Assembly: GCA_027490985.1 (NCBI GenBank)
Contig: JAIXXC010000332.1
Location: 1,562 to 65,561, forward strand
Origin: Verrucomicrobiales bacterium
GTDB taxonomy: Bacteria; Verrucomicrobiota; Verrucomicrobiia; Limisphaerales; UBA9464
Direction: 5' to 3'
Length of the DNA stretch: 64,000 nt
Part shown: positions 1 to 11,900 of the stretch, piece after piece
Position numbering within the stretch: position 1 is the first letter of the stretch
Layout of the letters: each line of letters begins with the position of its first letter
The notes under the pieces: generated by a model
Database searches by the model: none
What the model was told of the DNA's origin: nothing
The model's input: the letters and a program-made list of their open reading frames with translations, nothing else
Program-made: the position numbers and the translations under genes

Positions 1-2684
1 GGTGCTCCGCCGGCCGGAGTCCACCGGAATCGATCGAGACTCACTCCGGATCCCCAGGCACGGACTCCCAGTCTTCCTGAAGCCGGGAAACCCGCGGCCG
101 CGGTGGCCGTCAAGGCGGGCACCGGGTCGTCCCCCAGAAGCACCGTCATGCGCCCACCCTCGAGACGGACCCGCACCTTCAATGGATCTCCCGTCAAGGC
201 AACGCCCTCGCGGGAGGCCAGCACCACCGCCCCGGCACCGGTCAGCCGACGCAGCATCAGGCGACCTTCCCGGGGCTCGAAGACCAACTCGTGCCCCGTC
301 TCGCCGGCACCGCCCGATCCGGCCGAGGCGTGCCAGAGAAGCCCCACCTGCGAACAACCCACCTGGGGGGCGATTTCCACCGCCAGTTCCCCGTCGCTCA
401 CCGGGGCACCGCGCCAGAGGGCGAACGGACCCCGCCCCGGCTCCAAGGCCCGGTTGCCTTCGTACTCGCGAGGCCAAAGCCCCTTGTGGCATTCCCAATC
501 GTTCTCCGGCGGAACCAGGAACCGATCGGCCGGCAGAGCATTGAAATAGGGCACCGAGAGCGTGTCGGGCACATCCGGTCGGAAGGACAGCCGATGGCGC
601 AGGCCTTCCCAGACCGATTCTTGCCGCCGCTGGTAAAGGGACATCCGGGCCAATTCTTCCGGCAAGGGGTTGCGGCCGGTGGCCCGAGTCCAGGCCCGTT
701 GCAGGAGCGGTTCGATGGAGGCACCGGAACCGGCCTCAGCGCGGACGCGGCGAGCCAGTTCCACCGCCTGCTCCTGGACAAAGGCGTCGTTCAACAGCAT
801 CAGGGCCTGAGGCGCGACCGTGGTCACGGGCCGTTCCGACAAGGGCGAGGTCGCGTTGCTGTAATCGAAGGCCTCGAACATCGGAACCATGGAGGTGCGC
901 CGGATGTAGGCGTAGACACTGCGCCGGGCGCGTTCGCCCGATTCGGACACCTGCCAGTCGGTGCCGGGTCGCGATCCACCGGCGAGCACCTCGCCACTCA
1001 GGGCCGGAAAAAAGCCCCGGCCTCCCGCCTCGAGATTCAGGGCTCCGGAGATCGACAGAAGGCTGTCGCGGAGAGCCTCGGCATCCAGGCGGCGCAGGTT
1101 CTGGCGCCAGAGCAGGTCATTGGCCGGATCGGCCGATTCCGCCACAGGATCACCGGCTCTCGACGATTGCATCCAGGTGGCCGAGGTGAGGATGAGTCGG
1201 TGGAGCGCCTTGATCGACCAGCCCTGACGGATGAACTCGCCCGCGAGCCAGTCGAGCAGTTCCGGATGGGTCGGCAGACTGCCGACGCGCCCAAAATCGG
1301 TGGTGGTGCGGACCAACCCCCGCCCGAAATGGTGGTGCCAGATCCGGTTCACCATCACCCGGGCCGTCAGCGGGTTGGCCGGACTGGCGATCCACTCCGC
1401 CAAGGCCTGGCGACGCCCCGCCGTGGGCATTCCCGCTTGGCCGACGGGCGCTTCGCCGCCTCCGGCCGCCCGCAAGAATCCGGGAGCCACCTCGGCACCC
1501 GGCGACCGGGGGTTGCCGCGGGCCAACACTTGCACCGCCGGCGTCGGCCCACTGCGCTCGCGGGCCGCCAGAGCCCATTCGAAGGGAGGGGCCGCCTTCT
1601 GGATCGCTTCGATGCGGCGGGTAAGGTCCTTGCGGACCGCCTCGTCGGTCGCCGCCGCCCGTTGCGCCTCCAACTCCTGCCGCTGGCGTTCTTGCGTGGC
1701 TTTCCATTCGGCAATCTCGGTCGGTGACGCCAGGGGCGCGAAGGAGGGCGAGTCGAGTCCCGGGCCGCCATTGACGCCCGCATGCAACGGCCGGAAAAAG
1801 GCCAGCATGGAGTAGTAGTCCCGCTGCGGAATGGGATCGAACTTGTGGTCGTGACAACGGGCACAGGCGACGGTCATTCCTAGGAAGGCCGCCCCGGTGG
1901 TTCCCACGATGTCGTCGAGTTCATCGTATTCGGCCTGGAGTTTATCATCGGGCTCATCGTCGTGGACGCCCATGCGCAGGAAGCCGGTGGCCACGACTGC
2001 ATCTTTCCAGGCATCCCCCGCTCGCCCGCCCTTTTCCAACAACGACGAAGCCACCTCATCTCCGGCGATCTGTTCGCGGATGAACCGGTCATAGGGCTTG
2101 TCCTGATTGAAGGCGCGGATCACGTAATCTCGGTAGCGCCACGCTTCGCGTTTCTCCCCGTCCCGCTCGTAGCCATTGCTCTGGGCGAACCGAACCACAT
2201 CCAACCAATACCGTCCCCAGCGCTCGCCGTACCGGGGACTGGCCAGCAAGGCCTCGACCCGTCGGGACCAAGCCTCCGGAGACGGATCGCGTTCAAAGGC
2301 AGCAATTTCGTCAGGAGTGGCCGGTAGCCCCACTAAATCCAAGTGCAGGCGGCGCAAGAGTTCCCGAGGGCTGGCTTGCGGACTCAGGCCGATTTTTTTC
2401 TCGGAGAGCCGCTGACGGACAAAGGCATCGATGGGGTTCGCACTCGCTGGCTGGTTTCCCCGAGGGATGCCCGGCGAGGTGATGGGACGAAAGGCCCACC
2501 AGTCTTTCCCAGCAGCAGCCGAATTCTCCGCCTCCAATCGGGTCAACCCCACCACCACGGCCACCACGATCCATACGCGCTGAACCCAGCGCCACTCGCG
2601 TTGCCCAAAGACCACTTCCTTGCAGGCCCCTTGAGGACGTGTGTCCTGAGAGACCTCTCCGGGTTGGATCAAGGAGAATGGCAT
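1..2684 (-). CDS. DUF1549/DUF1553 (PSCyt2/PSD1) family protein; 3' end runs off the left edge of the window
   Basis: The minus-strand frame is open from ATG 2684 to position 1, so with no in-window stop it is missing from the ORF track. Hand translation gives MPFSLIQ..., a hydrophobic segment WIVVAVVVGL, RYGERWGRYWLDVVRFAQSNGYERD (DUF1549-type), CARCHDHKFDPIPQRDYYS and MVNRIWHHHFGRGLV (DUF1553-type). A jelly-roll-like C-terminal add-on follows. The + ORF 291..1727 is its antisense shadow. Confidence 0.85.
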   Translation of the reverse strand, partial: MPFSLIQPGEVSQDTRPQGACKEVVFGQREWRWVQRVWIVVAVVVGLTRLEAENSAAAGKDWWAFRPITSPGIPRGNQPASANPIDAFVRQRLSEKKIGLSPQASPRELLRRLHLDLVGLPATPDEIAAFERDPSPEAWSRRVEALLASPRYGERWGRYWLDVVRFAQSNGYERDGEKREAWRYRDYVIRAFNQDKPYDRFIREQIAGDEVASSLLEKGGRAGDAWKDAVVATGFLRMGVHDDEPDDKLQAEYDELDDIVGTTGAAFLGMTVACARCHDHKFDPIPQRDYYSMLAFFRPLHAGVNGGPGLDSPSFAPLASPTEIAEWKATQERQRQELEAQRAAATDEAVRKDLTRRIEAIQKAAPPFEWALAARERSGPTPAVQVLARGNPRSPGAEVAPGFLRAAGGGEAPVGQAGMPTAGRRQALAEWIASPANPLTARVMVNRIWHHHFGRGLVRTTTDFGRVGSLPTHPELLDWLAGEFIRQGWSIKALHRLILTSATWMQSSRAGDPVAESADPANDLLWRQNLRRLDAEALRDSLLSISGALNLEAGGRGFFPALSGEVLAGGSRPGTDWQVSESGERARRSVYAYIRRTSMVPMFEAFDYSNATSPLSERPVTTVAPQALMLLNDAFVQEQAVELARRVRAEAGSGASIEPLLQRAWTRATGRNPLPEELARMSLYQRRQESVWEGLRHRLSFRPDVPDTLSVPYFNALPADRFLVPPENDWECHKGLWPREYEGNRALEPGRGPFALWRGAPVSDGELAVEIAPQVGCSQVGLLWHASAGSGGAGETGHELVFEPREGRLMLRRLTGAGAVVLASREGVALTGDPLKVRVRLEGGRMTVLLGDDPVPALTATAAAGFPASGRLGVRAWGSGVSLDRFRWTPAGGA

Positions 2685-2907
2685 TCCATGAAGCTCCGGC
2701 GGGGAAGCCGATTCCGTCAAGAATCAGCACTCGAAATTCCCGACTCGAACAGCATGCCCTAAAGGAAATCCCCCGTGGACCGGGGGAATCCCTGAGTTCT
2801 GTTACTCGGAACGATCCGGGCTGCGACCCCTTGAACCCTTCGGCCTCCGAGCAACCTGGCCGGAAGGAGATTCGAAGACTCCCGATCCGATCCCTACGGC
2901 ACTTTCC

Positions 2908-5900
2908 ATGAAGGCAACAACTCCCGCCCACCCAGTTGTCGACTCCACCCTTCGAGCGATCCGGCGAATGGCGGAGCTCTGGGGATTGAGCCTGATGGGG
3001 CTGCTCACTGCGCACGCGCAGCCGTGGGCCAGCACCAACCTGACCCTTTGGCTCAAAGCCGACGCCGGGATCACCTTGGATGGAAAGAACGGGGTCAGCC
3101 GATGGGCCGATCAGTCGGCCCGGAGCAACCACCTTGAACAGACCGACGCAAACCGCCGGCCCACCGTGCTGACCAATGCACTCAATGGGCTGCCCACCCT
3201 GCAATTCCGAGATGACTGGCTGACCCGGGGCAACGTCCTCGGCACCAACCTCTTCAGCAGCAACTCCGTCAGCGTCTTCGTGGTTCAGCGGCAACTTGGC
3301 AGTGACAACCGAACGACCACGCTGGCCTGGCGCGGCGGCAACGAACAGCGCCTCTACCTGCACGCCACCTACGACGACACGCTCAGCTTTCAAGTCGGCA
3401 ATCCCTCCGCCGGCGGCAATGTCGCCACCCTCCAACCCTCCGGGTGGGACGATGTCTGGCACGTGATTTCCTGCCACCGCAACGGAAGCAACGGTGTCAT
3501 TCGGGTGGATGGAGTTGCCGTGACACCTCCGGCCGTGTTCACAACCGAAGCCAACGTCCATCAGAGCGCCGAGCTCATTGTCGGCAGCGACCACTATGGA
3601 AACACCTTCAACGGCGACATCGCCGAGATTCTGATATTCAACGAAGTGCTGTCCGTCACCGATCGCCAGACGGTCGAAGAAACGCTGCTCAACAAATGGG
3701 CGGTGGCACACGCCCCAGCTGCCCTGCCCGATCTATTGATCCAGGCGGCCTCGGACACGACCGCCGCGGGAGATGATCTTTATCAACTTCAACCGGAGTC
3801 GGATCAGATCCGGAGGGAATCCGTGGCCGCTCTCCGATCCACCTCATTCACCGTCACCGCGCAAAATGATGGTTCGGTGGCCGGCCCCATCTTGCTCCGG
3901 GCTTCCGAGAGCGCCACACCGGGTTGGCGAACCACCTACTGGCACGGAACCACCAACATCACCGCAGACCTCGTCGGCTCCACCGGGTACAGCACGTCTG
4001 TTTTGGCCGCAGGCAGCCAGATCGAACTCCGGATCGAAATCACCATGGCGGGAGTGGTTCCACCGGGCATCGAAAAGACCGTCACCCTGAAGGCTTATGA
4101 CCTCTACCTTCCCAACCTCGTTCGGGATGTTGTCCAGGCCGTTGCCACTGCGACCGCCGGGGTTCAAGCCGACTTGACCGTGCGCCGCGACCGGGATCCG
4201 GCTCCTGCGGGAGACGGTCTCTACAACACCACCGGGGTGGGGCAATCCAAGTGGCAGGACGTCTTCACGAATCAACCAGCGATTTACCACGCCACCCTGG
4301 GCAACGACGGGAACAACAACGCGCCCTTTTCCGTCCGTGGAACCGCAGGCGACGATCCGTGGGAGGTGCGTTATTTCGGCCAGTGGCTCGTGTTCGACGG
4401 CGTGGATGATGCGGTCGATGTCGGAGCCTGGTCCCCGGGGATCCGCTGGACGGTGGAAGCCTGGGTGAATCCGTCCGCCGCCCCGGTGGTTCGTCGCAGC
4501 ATTGCCGGCGGGGCCAATGAAGCGCGCGACTGGGGAATCGTCTTGCAGGAAGGCCAATTCGGAATCGTGACGAAGCCGGCCGACGGTGGCGTGAGCGTGA
4601 CCTACCTCTCCAAGGTCCCGGTCATCACCAACACCTGGTACCACGTGGCCGGCAGTTGTGATGGCACCAACGCGATTCTCTACATCAATGGCGAGGCCAA
4701 GGTGTCCGGATTGGTGCTCACCAATCATTCAGGAACCGCCGCCGGGACGCGGATCGGCAGCGAGTCCTGCTGTGGGGGCAACAGCTTTCCTGGAATCATT
4801 CGCGAGGTGCGCATCTGGAACCGCGCCCTCCCCCAATCGGAGATCACCGCGGGCATGCCGAAAACGCTCCTGGGGAGCGAACCCGGGCTGGAAGGATACT
4901 GGCGACTGGACGGCGGTGGCACCTTCCCGATCTGGGACCTCGGCCCAAAAAAGCGTCATGGAACGCGAATGAACGGACTGGCCTGGGTCCCACGCGATTT
5001 GACCGACGCCATCACGGGAGGCGGATGGTCGGACCCCGTGATAGGTGGTGGCGCAGCCATGGCATTGGACATCGTGGTCACCCCCAGAAGCCTCGTGCCC
5101 GGGAAATTTTCTCAAGTCGTCTCTGTGGTTGCCCAATCAATGAGCGATCCCCTGCGGTCGGACACCATCTTGATGACAACGCAAGTGCGTGCGTCCACCA
5201 GCGCCACCCCCATCGCCGCGCGATACACGACCACCTCCGATTTTGAACGAGGCTGGATGAGTGGTTTGGAATCCTGGAGCACTCCCGATCAACTCCAGTT
5301 GGGCGGAGCCTCCGGTGTCCTCCCCTACCTCTGGGTTCCCAACGACAACGACAACTCCGTTTCCAAGGTGGACACCCGCACCGGCCGCGAGCTGGCCCGG
5401 TACCGGACCGGACCGAACTCCATCGTCGGCAACCCCTCCCGAACCACGGTGGATTTGCAGGGCAACTGCTGGGTGGCCAACCGCAATTCAGCGACGGTGG
5501 TCAAAGTAGGGCTGCTGGAACATGGCAACTACGACGATCGCAACGGAGACGGTCTCGTGCAGACGTCCCGGGATTTGAATGGAGACGGAGCCATCACCGG
5601 GGCCGAGCTGCTCGATTGGGGGAAAGACGAATGTGTCCTCCACGAAGTGCTGCTCACTCCGGGTTCCGAGAACCGCTACACCCCGGGCACCTTCCGCGGA
5701 ACCTACCCCAACAATTACTGGAACCCGGGTCCTCGCGGGATGGCGGTCGACGCCCGAGGCAACCTGTGGGCCGGCACTCACGATTCCATGCGGTACTACT
5801 CCATCGACGGAGAAACCGGAGCCATCCTCCGGGCCATCGATGTCTCAACCGTCAACCACACTGCGTATGGCGCGGCCATCGATTCGCGCGGCATCCTGTG

Positions 5901-8900
5901 GTCGTCCGGTTACAAAGACTCCGGTGAGCAAAACCTGCTGCGCCTCGATCCGGCCGACGGCTCCTTCACCAAGACCGTTGTGGATTTCCACAGCTACGGA
6001 ATCGCACCCGACCGCAACGATCACCTGTTTGTCTCGGGCCATCAGGAGTCGATCCTGACCCGCTGGAACCTTCTCACCGGTACGCAGGATTGGAAAATAT
6101 CGGTCGGGGCCAACCCGCGAGGCATCGCCGTCACCGACGACCATGACGTCTGGGTCGTCAACTCCGGGGCGAACACCCTGACCCGATTGTCGAATGACGG
6201 CATTCTCCGGGCCGTGATCCCGGTCGGTCCCACTCCCACCGGAGTGGCCGTGGACGCCAATGGCAAGGTATGGGTCTGCGGTACCGGCGATGATTATCTC
6301 CGCCGCATCGATCCCGCCACCGACCGGGTGGACCTCGCGACGCGCGTGGCGGGAGGCCACTACGGCTACAGCGACATGACCGGAACCATCGCGCGCAACA
6401 GCACGGTGCGCCTGGGACTGTGGTCCGAGATCCATGATTCACAGGTCACCAATACGGCCTGGCAACAAGTGGTGTGGCAGGGTCAGGACCCCACCGGGAC
6501 CAACTTGCAAATCCGACTCCGCAGCTCCAACGACACCCTGCGCTGGTCCGGTTGGGAGACAGCGGCAAGCGGTTCCCCGCTCCTCAAGACGCCGCCGGGT
6601 CGCTATCTCGAGTTTGAAGTGACACTGCGGGCCGTTCCCGGAGCGCCCGCTCCGGTCCTGTTGGACTTGTCGACCACGGGACGAGCCCCAGCGGCCACCG
6701 ACCTGGCGTTGGTCCTGAACGCAACCCCGTCACCGGTGCTCAGCGAGTACCCGCAAACGCTGACGGTGACCGTCACCAATCGGGGGCCCAATTGGGCTTC
6801 CGGCGTCGTGGTCACCAACCTCTTGCCCAGCAACTTCGACGTCATCAGCGTCACCGTGCCCGGAGGGTTTTACACACGCTCCACCCACCAAATCGTCTGC
6901 ACCCTCGACGGAGTCGCTCCGGGTGGTTCTGGCGTCATCCGGTTGCACGGCAGCCCATTATCGGCGGGCGCGTTTCGACTGGAATCCACAGTCACTGCCA
7001 ACGAGTCGGATCCGGATCGCAGCAACAATACCGCCCAAATCGATTGGGTGGCCCAACCCGTGGCCTGTGTGGCTCCCATGGCCGGATGGGTGGCTTGGTG
7101 GACCGCCGATGGCACCACGAATGATGTGACCCAAGATCACCCCTTCATTGCCCAAGGCGGACCCACGTTCATCGCTGGCAAAACCGGGCAGGCCTTCCTG
7201 TTCGATTCGAATGACGATCGACTCACCACCGCCCATCAGGATGCCTTCAATCTCAATCGCAGTGGCTTCAGCGCCGTCTTCTGGATGAAGGGTGGCAAGG
7301 ACCAACCCGGACAGTCGGAAGCGCTGTGCACGCTCCTGGAGAAGTCCCACGGATGGCTCGACAACACCGGCTGGGCCTTTCAGGCCTATGCCGCCACGGG
7401 TGAGCTGGGTTTCGGCGCAGGACAAGGTGGCGGCACCGGAAATGGATTCGTTTCGGCCAATTCTTTGGTCGATGTGCTCGACGAACGCTGGCACTGCATC
7501 GCAGGCACTTGGGACGGCTTCAACCTTCGGCTCTATGTCGACGGACAGTTGCAACGGGTCACACCCCTGCTCATTCCTGCCAACAATTCCAGGCCTCTGA
7601 ATCTGGGCTTCACCTGGGGCAACGGCAGCCCAAGGCGCTTCTTCCGAGGATTGCTCGATGAGGTGGGCTTGCTGGACCGCGCCCTGAGTCTGGAGGAAAT
7701 CGAACGCATTTACTCCGCCCGTTCCGGTGGCCTGTGCCGCCAGAGCCCAGCCATTCTCCACCCTTTCCGCATCGAAGACGCAGTGGTCGGAAATCCGCTG
7801 GAGGAAACCATTCTGGCAGCCCTGGGAACACCTCCCTACAGCTTCAAAGTTTCGGCAGGAACCTTGCCTCCGGGTCTGGATCTTTCGCCGCAAGGCGTTC
7901 TGGCGGGTCGCCCCGAAGCGGCCGGGCGGTATGGATTTACGGTGCGAGTCACCGATGCGTCCGGAGCCTTCATCGACAAGCCCTACCTTCACTTCATCGC
8001 CGCGTGTGTCGCTCGACCCAGTGGATTGATCGGTTACTGGAATGCCGATGATGCCACGGACAATTTGAGCGGCATCCATCACGGCTCCTTGGAATACAAC
8101 GCCGGATTCACGGCGGGCCGGGTCGGGAACGCCTTTGTCTTGGACGGCACGGATGACGCCATCCGCCTCTTTGGCAGCAGCGCGGGCCCCCTGAGAATCA
8201 CCACCAATCAAGTGACCGTTGCGGCCTGGATCAATCTCAGCGCCACCAACCCTCCGGCCAACGGCTACTCGATGATCCTCGACAAGGCCTGGGATGGCTC
8301 TCCGAACGGCTATCAACTGGCCGTCATCCAAGGAGAATTGGAGGCTTGGATCGCCACGGTGGACAGCCCGAAGGGACTCGGAGTCCGGTTCGCCCTCCCG
8401 CGCCAACGCTGGGTCCATGTCGCCACGACCTATGACGGTATCACGCTGCGCTTGTATCAGGATGGCATCGAAGTCGCCTCCGCTCCGCTCACCGGCAACA
8501 TCCTTCCCAACAACCACGATGCCTGCATCGGCAATGACAATTGGCCGGGCTCGCGGGCCTACGCCTTCAATGGCCTCCTGGATGAACTTCAGGTGTACGA
8601 CCGGGCTTTGAGCGCCGCCGAAATCCTTTCGATCCAATCCGCTCAAGGGGCCGGCTTCTGCCCGTGGCTCTTTGCGGATTTGATGATCAAGGGTGGATCC
8701 CAACCCGATTCGGCCTTTTCAGGAAACAACGAATACCACCCGATCCCCAACGCGGCACAAACCCTCGAACAAAAGGTCGATCCGTTGGCTTCCACGGCCT
8801 TCGAAGTCATGATCGAAAACGACGGACCGGTTCCCCGCTCCTACACCCTGCGGTCCATCGAAGACTCGGCTCAAGACTGGACGATCGACTATCGTGACAC

Positions 8901-11900
8901 GGCCGGGACGGATCTCTCTGGAAAGCTTCATAGCACCGAGGGATTCACGACGGATATTCTCGCTCCCGGATCCACTCGCAAAATCCGCATCACCCTGAGT
9001 CCCGGACTCAGCGTGCCAGCCGCCGGGACCAAATCGGCCGTGATTCAAGTCACCCTCGACTCCGGCGCCACCACCCTCCGGGATGCGGTTCGAATCGTGG
9101 CCAAGGTCAATCCCACTTACCAACCCGACCTCATGATCCGCCGGGATTTGGATGACAGCTTCGCGGGCGAAGGCGTCTTCAACACCACCGGTCTCGGTCA
9201 ATCCCGGCGGCTGGAGGTTTCTCCCGGCCAGAGTGCGACTTATTACCTCCAGCTCAAAAACCACGGCAACACCACCCACCGCATGCGATTGACGGCCTCC
9301 TCCCCGGCGGTGGATTGGTCTCTCAACGTGTGTGGAGCGCGTCCTGCCCTGCGCTTCGATGGAGGGGACGATCACGTCAGCATCCCCCATTCTCCCAACC
9401 TTCACTCGGATCGCGGCCTGTCGATCAGCGCCTGGATCCGGACCGACGGGTTCCCACGCCAATGGCAGAACATCCTGTGGAAAGGCAATACGCCCGACTG
9501 CACCGGTGGCTGCGAGAACCGTGAATACGCACTGTGGCTCCATTCCAATGGGCACATCGCCTTGAGCTCCACGCCCACCTCCCGCATCGGGGCCGGAGAG
9601 CTGTTTTTGGAAACGGCCGCCGGAGGCATCCAAGCCAACCGTTGGCACCATATCGCCGCCGTCCTCAACAGCGACGACAACACCATGCGGATCTACATCG
9701 ATGGGGACTTGAAAGCGTTGGGCGGCTATTCGACCAACAGCATCCGCACCACGACAGGCCCGCTTCAAATCGGCCTCAATGCTCCCGGCCAGTGGCCTTT
9801 CCTCGGTTCCATCCAGCAAGTCAGCCTCTGGGGCAAAGCGTTGCCGGCCGTGGATATCGCCCAATTGGGAGTCCGAAACCCGATCGGATCTGAAACCCAA
9901 CTGAGGGGATACTGGCCGCTCATCGACGGTGAAGGCCTGATCGCCCGGGACGCGTCGAAGAACCGCAACCACGGAACCTTGACCAACGGACCTGTCTGGG
10001 GATTTGCCCCTGTGGATGGATCTTCCTGCTTTGATCTGGCCCCGTTCCTCGGTGCGGGTTGGACCAACCTGGTTCTCGAACCCAAGGGCAGTCTGGACTT
10101 CGTTGTCCAAGTCACTCCGGGGCCCCACGCGGCCGCCGGCAGCAGCCAAACCATCACCTTCACGGCCGAGTCATTGACCGATCCCGATCAACGGGATGTC
10201 GCGGCGAGCACCACCACCGTGGGCAATCCCAGCACCACCCCTCAACCGGGCACCTACACGTCGAACCAAGATTTCGACCTCGGTCGCCTCTCGGGCGTCG
10301 AGACCACCTCCACGGCCGATCAACTCCAACTCTCCAGCCAATCGGCCGCACTGCGATTCCTGTGGGTACCGAACAGCGAGGGAACCATTTCGAAGGTGGA
10401 CACCTTGAACGGCCGCGAACTCGGCCGATATCGCACCGGCCCTCCCGCAGTGAACAGCCAACCCTCACGCACGACGGTGGATTTGGTCGGCAATTGCTAC
10501 GTGGCGAACCGATACAGCGGAACCCTGGTCAAGGTGGGTTTGCTGGAACAGGGACAGGGCATCGATCGCAACGGAGACGGAATCCTCCAAACCTCCCGAG
10601 ACCTCAACGGTGACGGTGACATCACCGGCGACGAACTCCTGCCGTGGGGATCCGACGAGTGCGTGCTTTGGGAAACCTCCCTCATTCCGGGCGAGGAAGG
10701 ATTCTTCACCCCGGGCACCTTCACCGGAACCTACCGCAATGACTGGGGCACCCCCGGAGTCCGCGGGGTGGCCGTTGATGTCCAAGGCAATGTCTGGGTC
10801 GGGACTTTGGAGACCAAGAAGTTCTATTACATTGAAGGTTCCTCCGGTCGCATCTTGCGAACCATCGATGTCTCGTCGGTCAACCACCGGACCTATGGCG
10901 CGGTCCTCGACCGTTCGGGCATCCTCTGGGCGTCCTCGCACGACCGCAATGAAGTGCTGCGAATGGACCCGGCTTCCGGTGAGTTCCGCGTGCTGCCTCT
11001 GGGACATTTCTCCTACGGCATCGGCATGGATCGGAACGGGCATGTCTTCGTCAGCGGTTGGGAATCCTCGCGGTTGAGTCGCATTGATGCCGCCACCGCC
11101 ACCATCGAATGGAACGTTCCCACCGTCACCCAGGCTCGAGGCATTGCTGTCACCGACGACGGGGATGTCTGGGTCGCCCACTCCAGTCCTGGAATCGTGG
11201 TCCGACGCAGCAACAGCGGTGCCCTCAAGGCCTCCATCCCGGTGGGCAATCAACCCACCGGTGTGGCGGTGGATTCCCGCGGCATGGTCTGGAGTGTCGG
11301 CGTCGGCGAGCCCTCCATTCGACGCATTGATCCCAGCCGAAATGTGGTGGATCTCGTCAAACTCATCCGCTGCGACAATCGAGAAGGGTATCATTACGGC
11401 TACAGCGACATGACGGGCAACATGGTGCGCAATTCCACGACCCGGATCGGTTTCTGGACGGTGATCCATGATTCCAAAGTCGCCGGAACCCCTTGGGGCA
11501 CGGTCTCCTGGGAAGGGCAAGAACCCCTCGGAACGAGCATCCAAATCCGGGTGAGAAGTTCGAATGATCAGCGGACTTGGTCTCTCTGGGAATCGGCCCG
11601 CAAGGGCACATCCCTTCGGGCCACGCCGCTGGGACGGTATCTTGAAGTCCAAGTCACCTTGCAAAGCCAGCAACCGGGCCTGACTCCCCGGTTCCAAAGT
11701 CTGACCGTGGTGCCGGCGCGCGAGGTTCAGTACGGAACGCTGCATTACAGTCAGGACTTCTCCCAAACCATCGGTCCGGAGTGGTCCAACCAGCACACGG
11801 CTCTCACGCCTCAGGGCAACCGCCGTTTCCTCGGCGAGTTCGGCAACCAAACCGTCACACTCACCCTCACGAACCTGCCCCCACACGGGGCGGCGACCGT

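Noticed and set aside
291-1727. 478-aa plus-strand ORF, plus the overlapping ORFs 2..544, 1150..1857 and 1367..1864.
   Set aside because: The composition is Arg/Gly/Pro/His-rich with no recognisable motifs. The ORF lies antisense or out of frame to a clearly conserved DUF1549/DUF1553 coding frame. It is a typical high-GC shadow ORF.
2311-3711. 466-aa minus-strand ORF spanning the divergent spacer and the start of the giant gene.
   Set aside because: It is antisense to the LamG-encoding 5' end of the 3199-aa ORF and has a low-complexity shadow composition. It would also run through the promoter region of two real genes.
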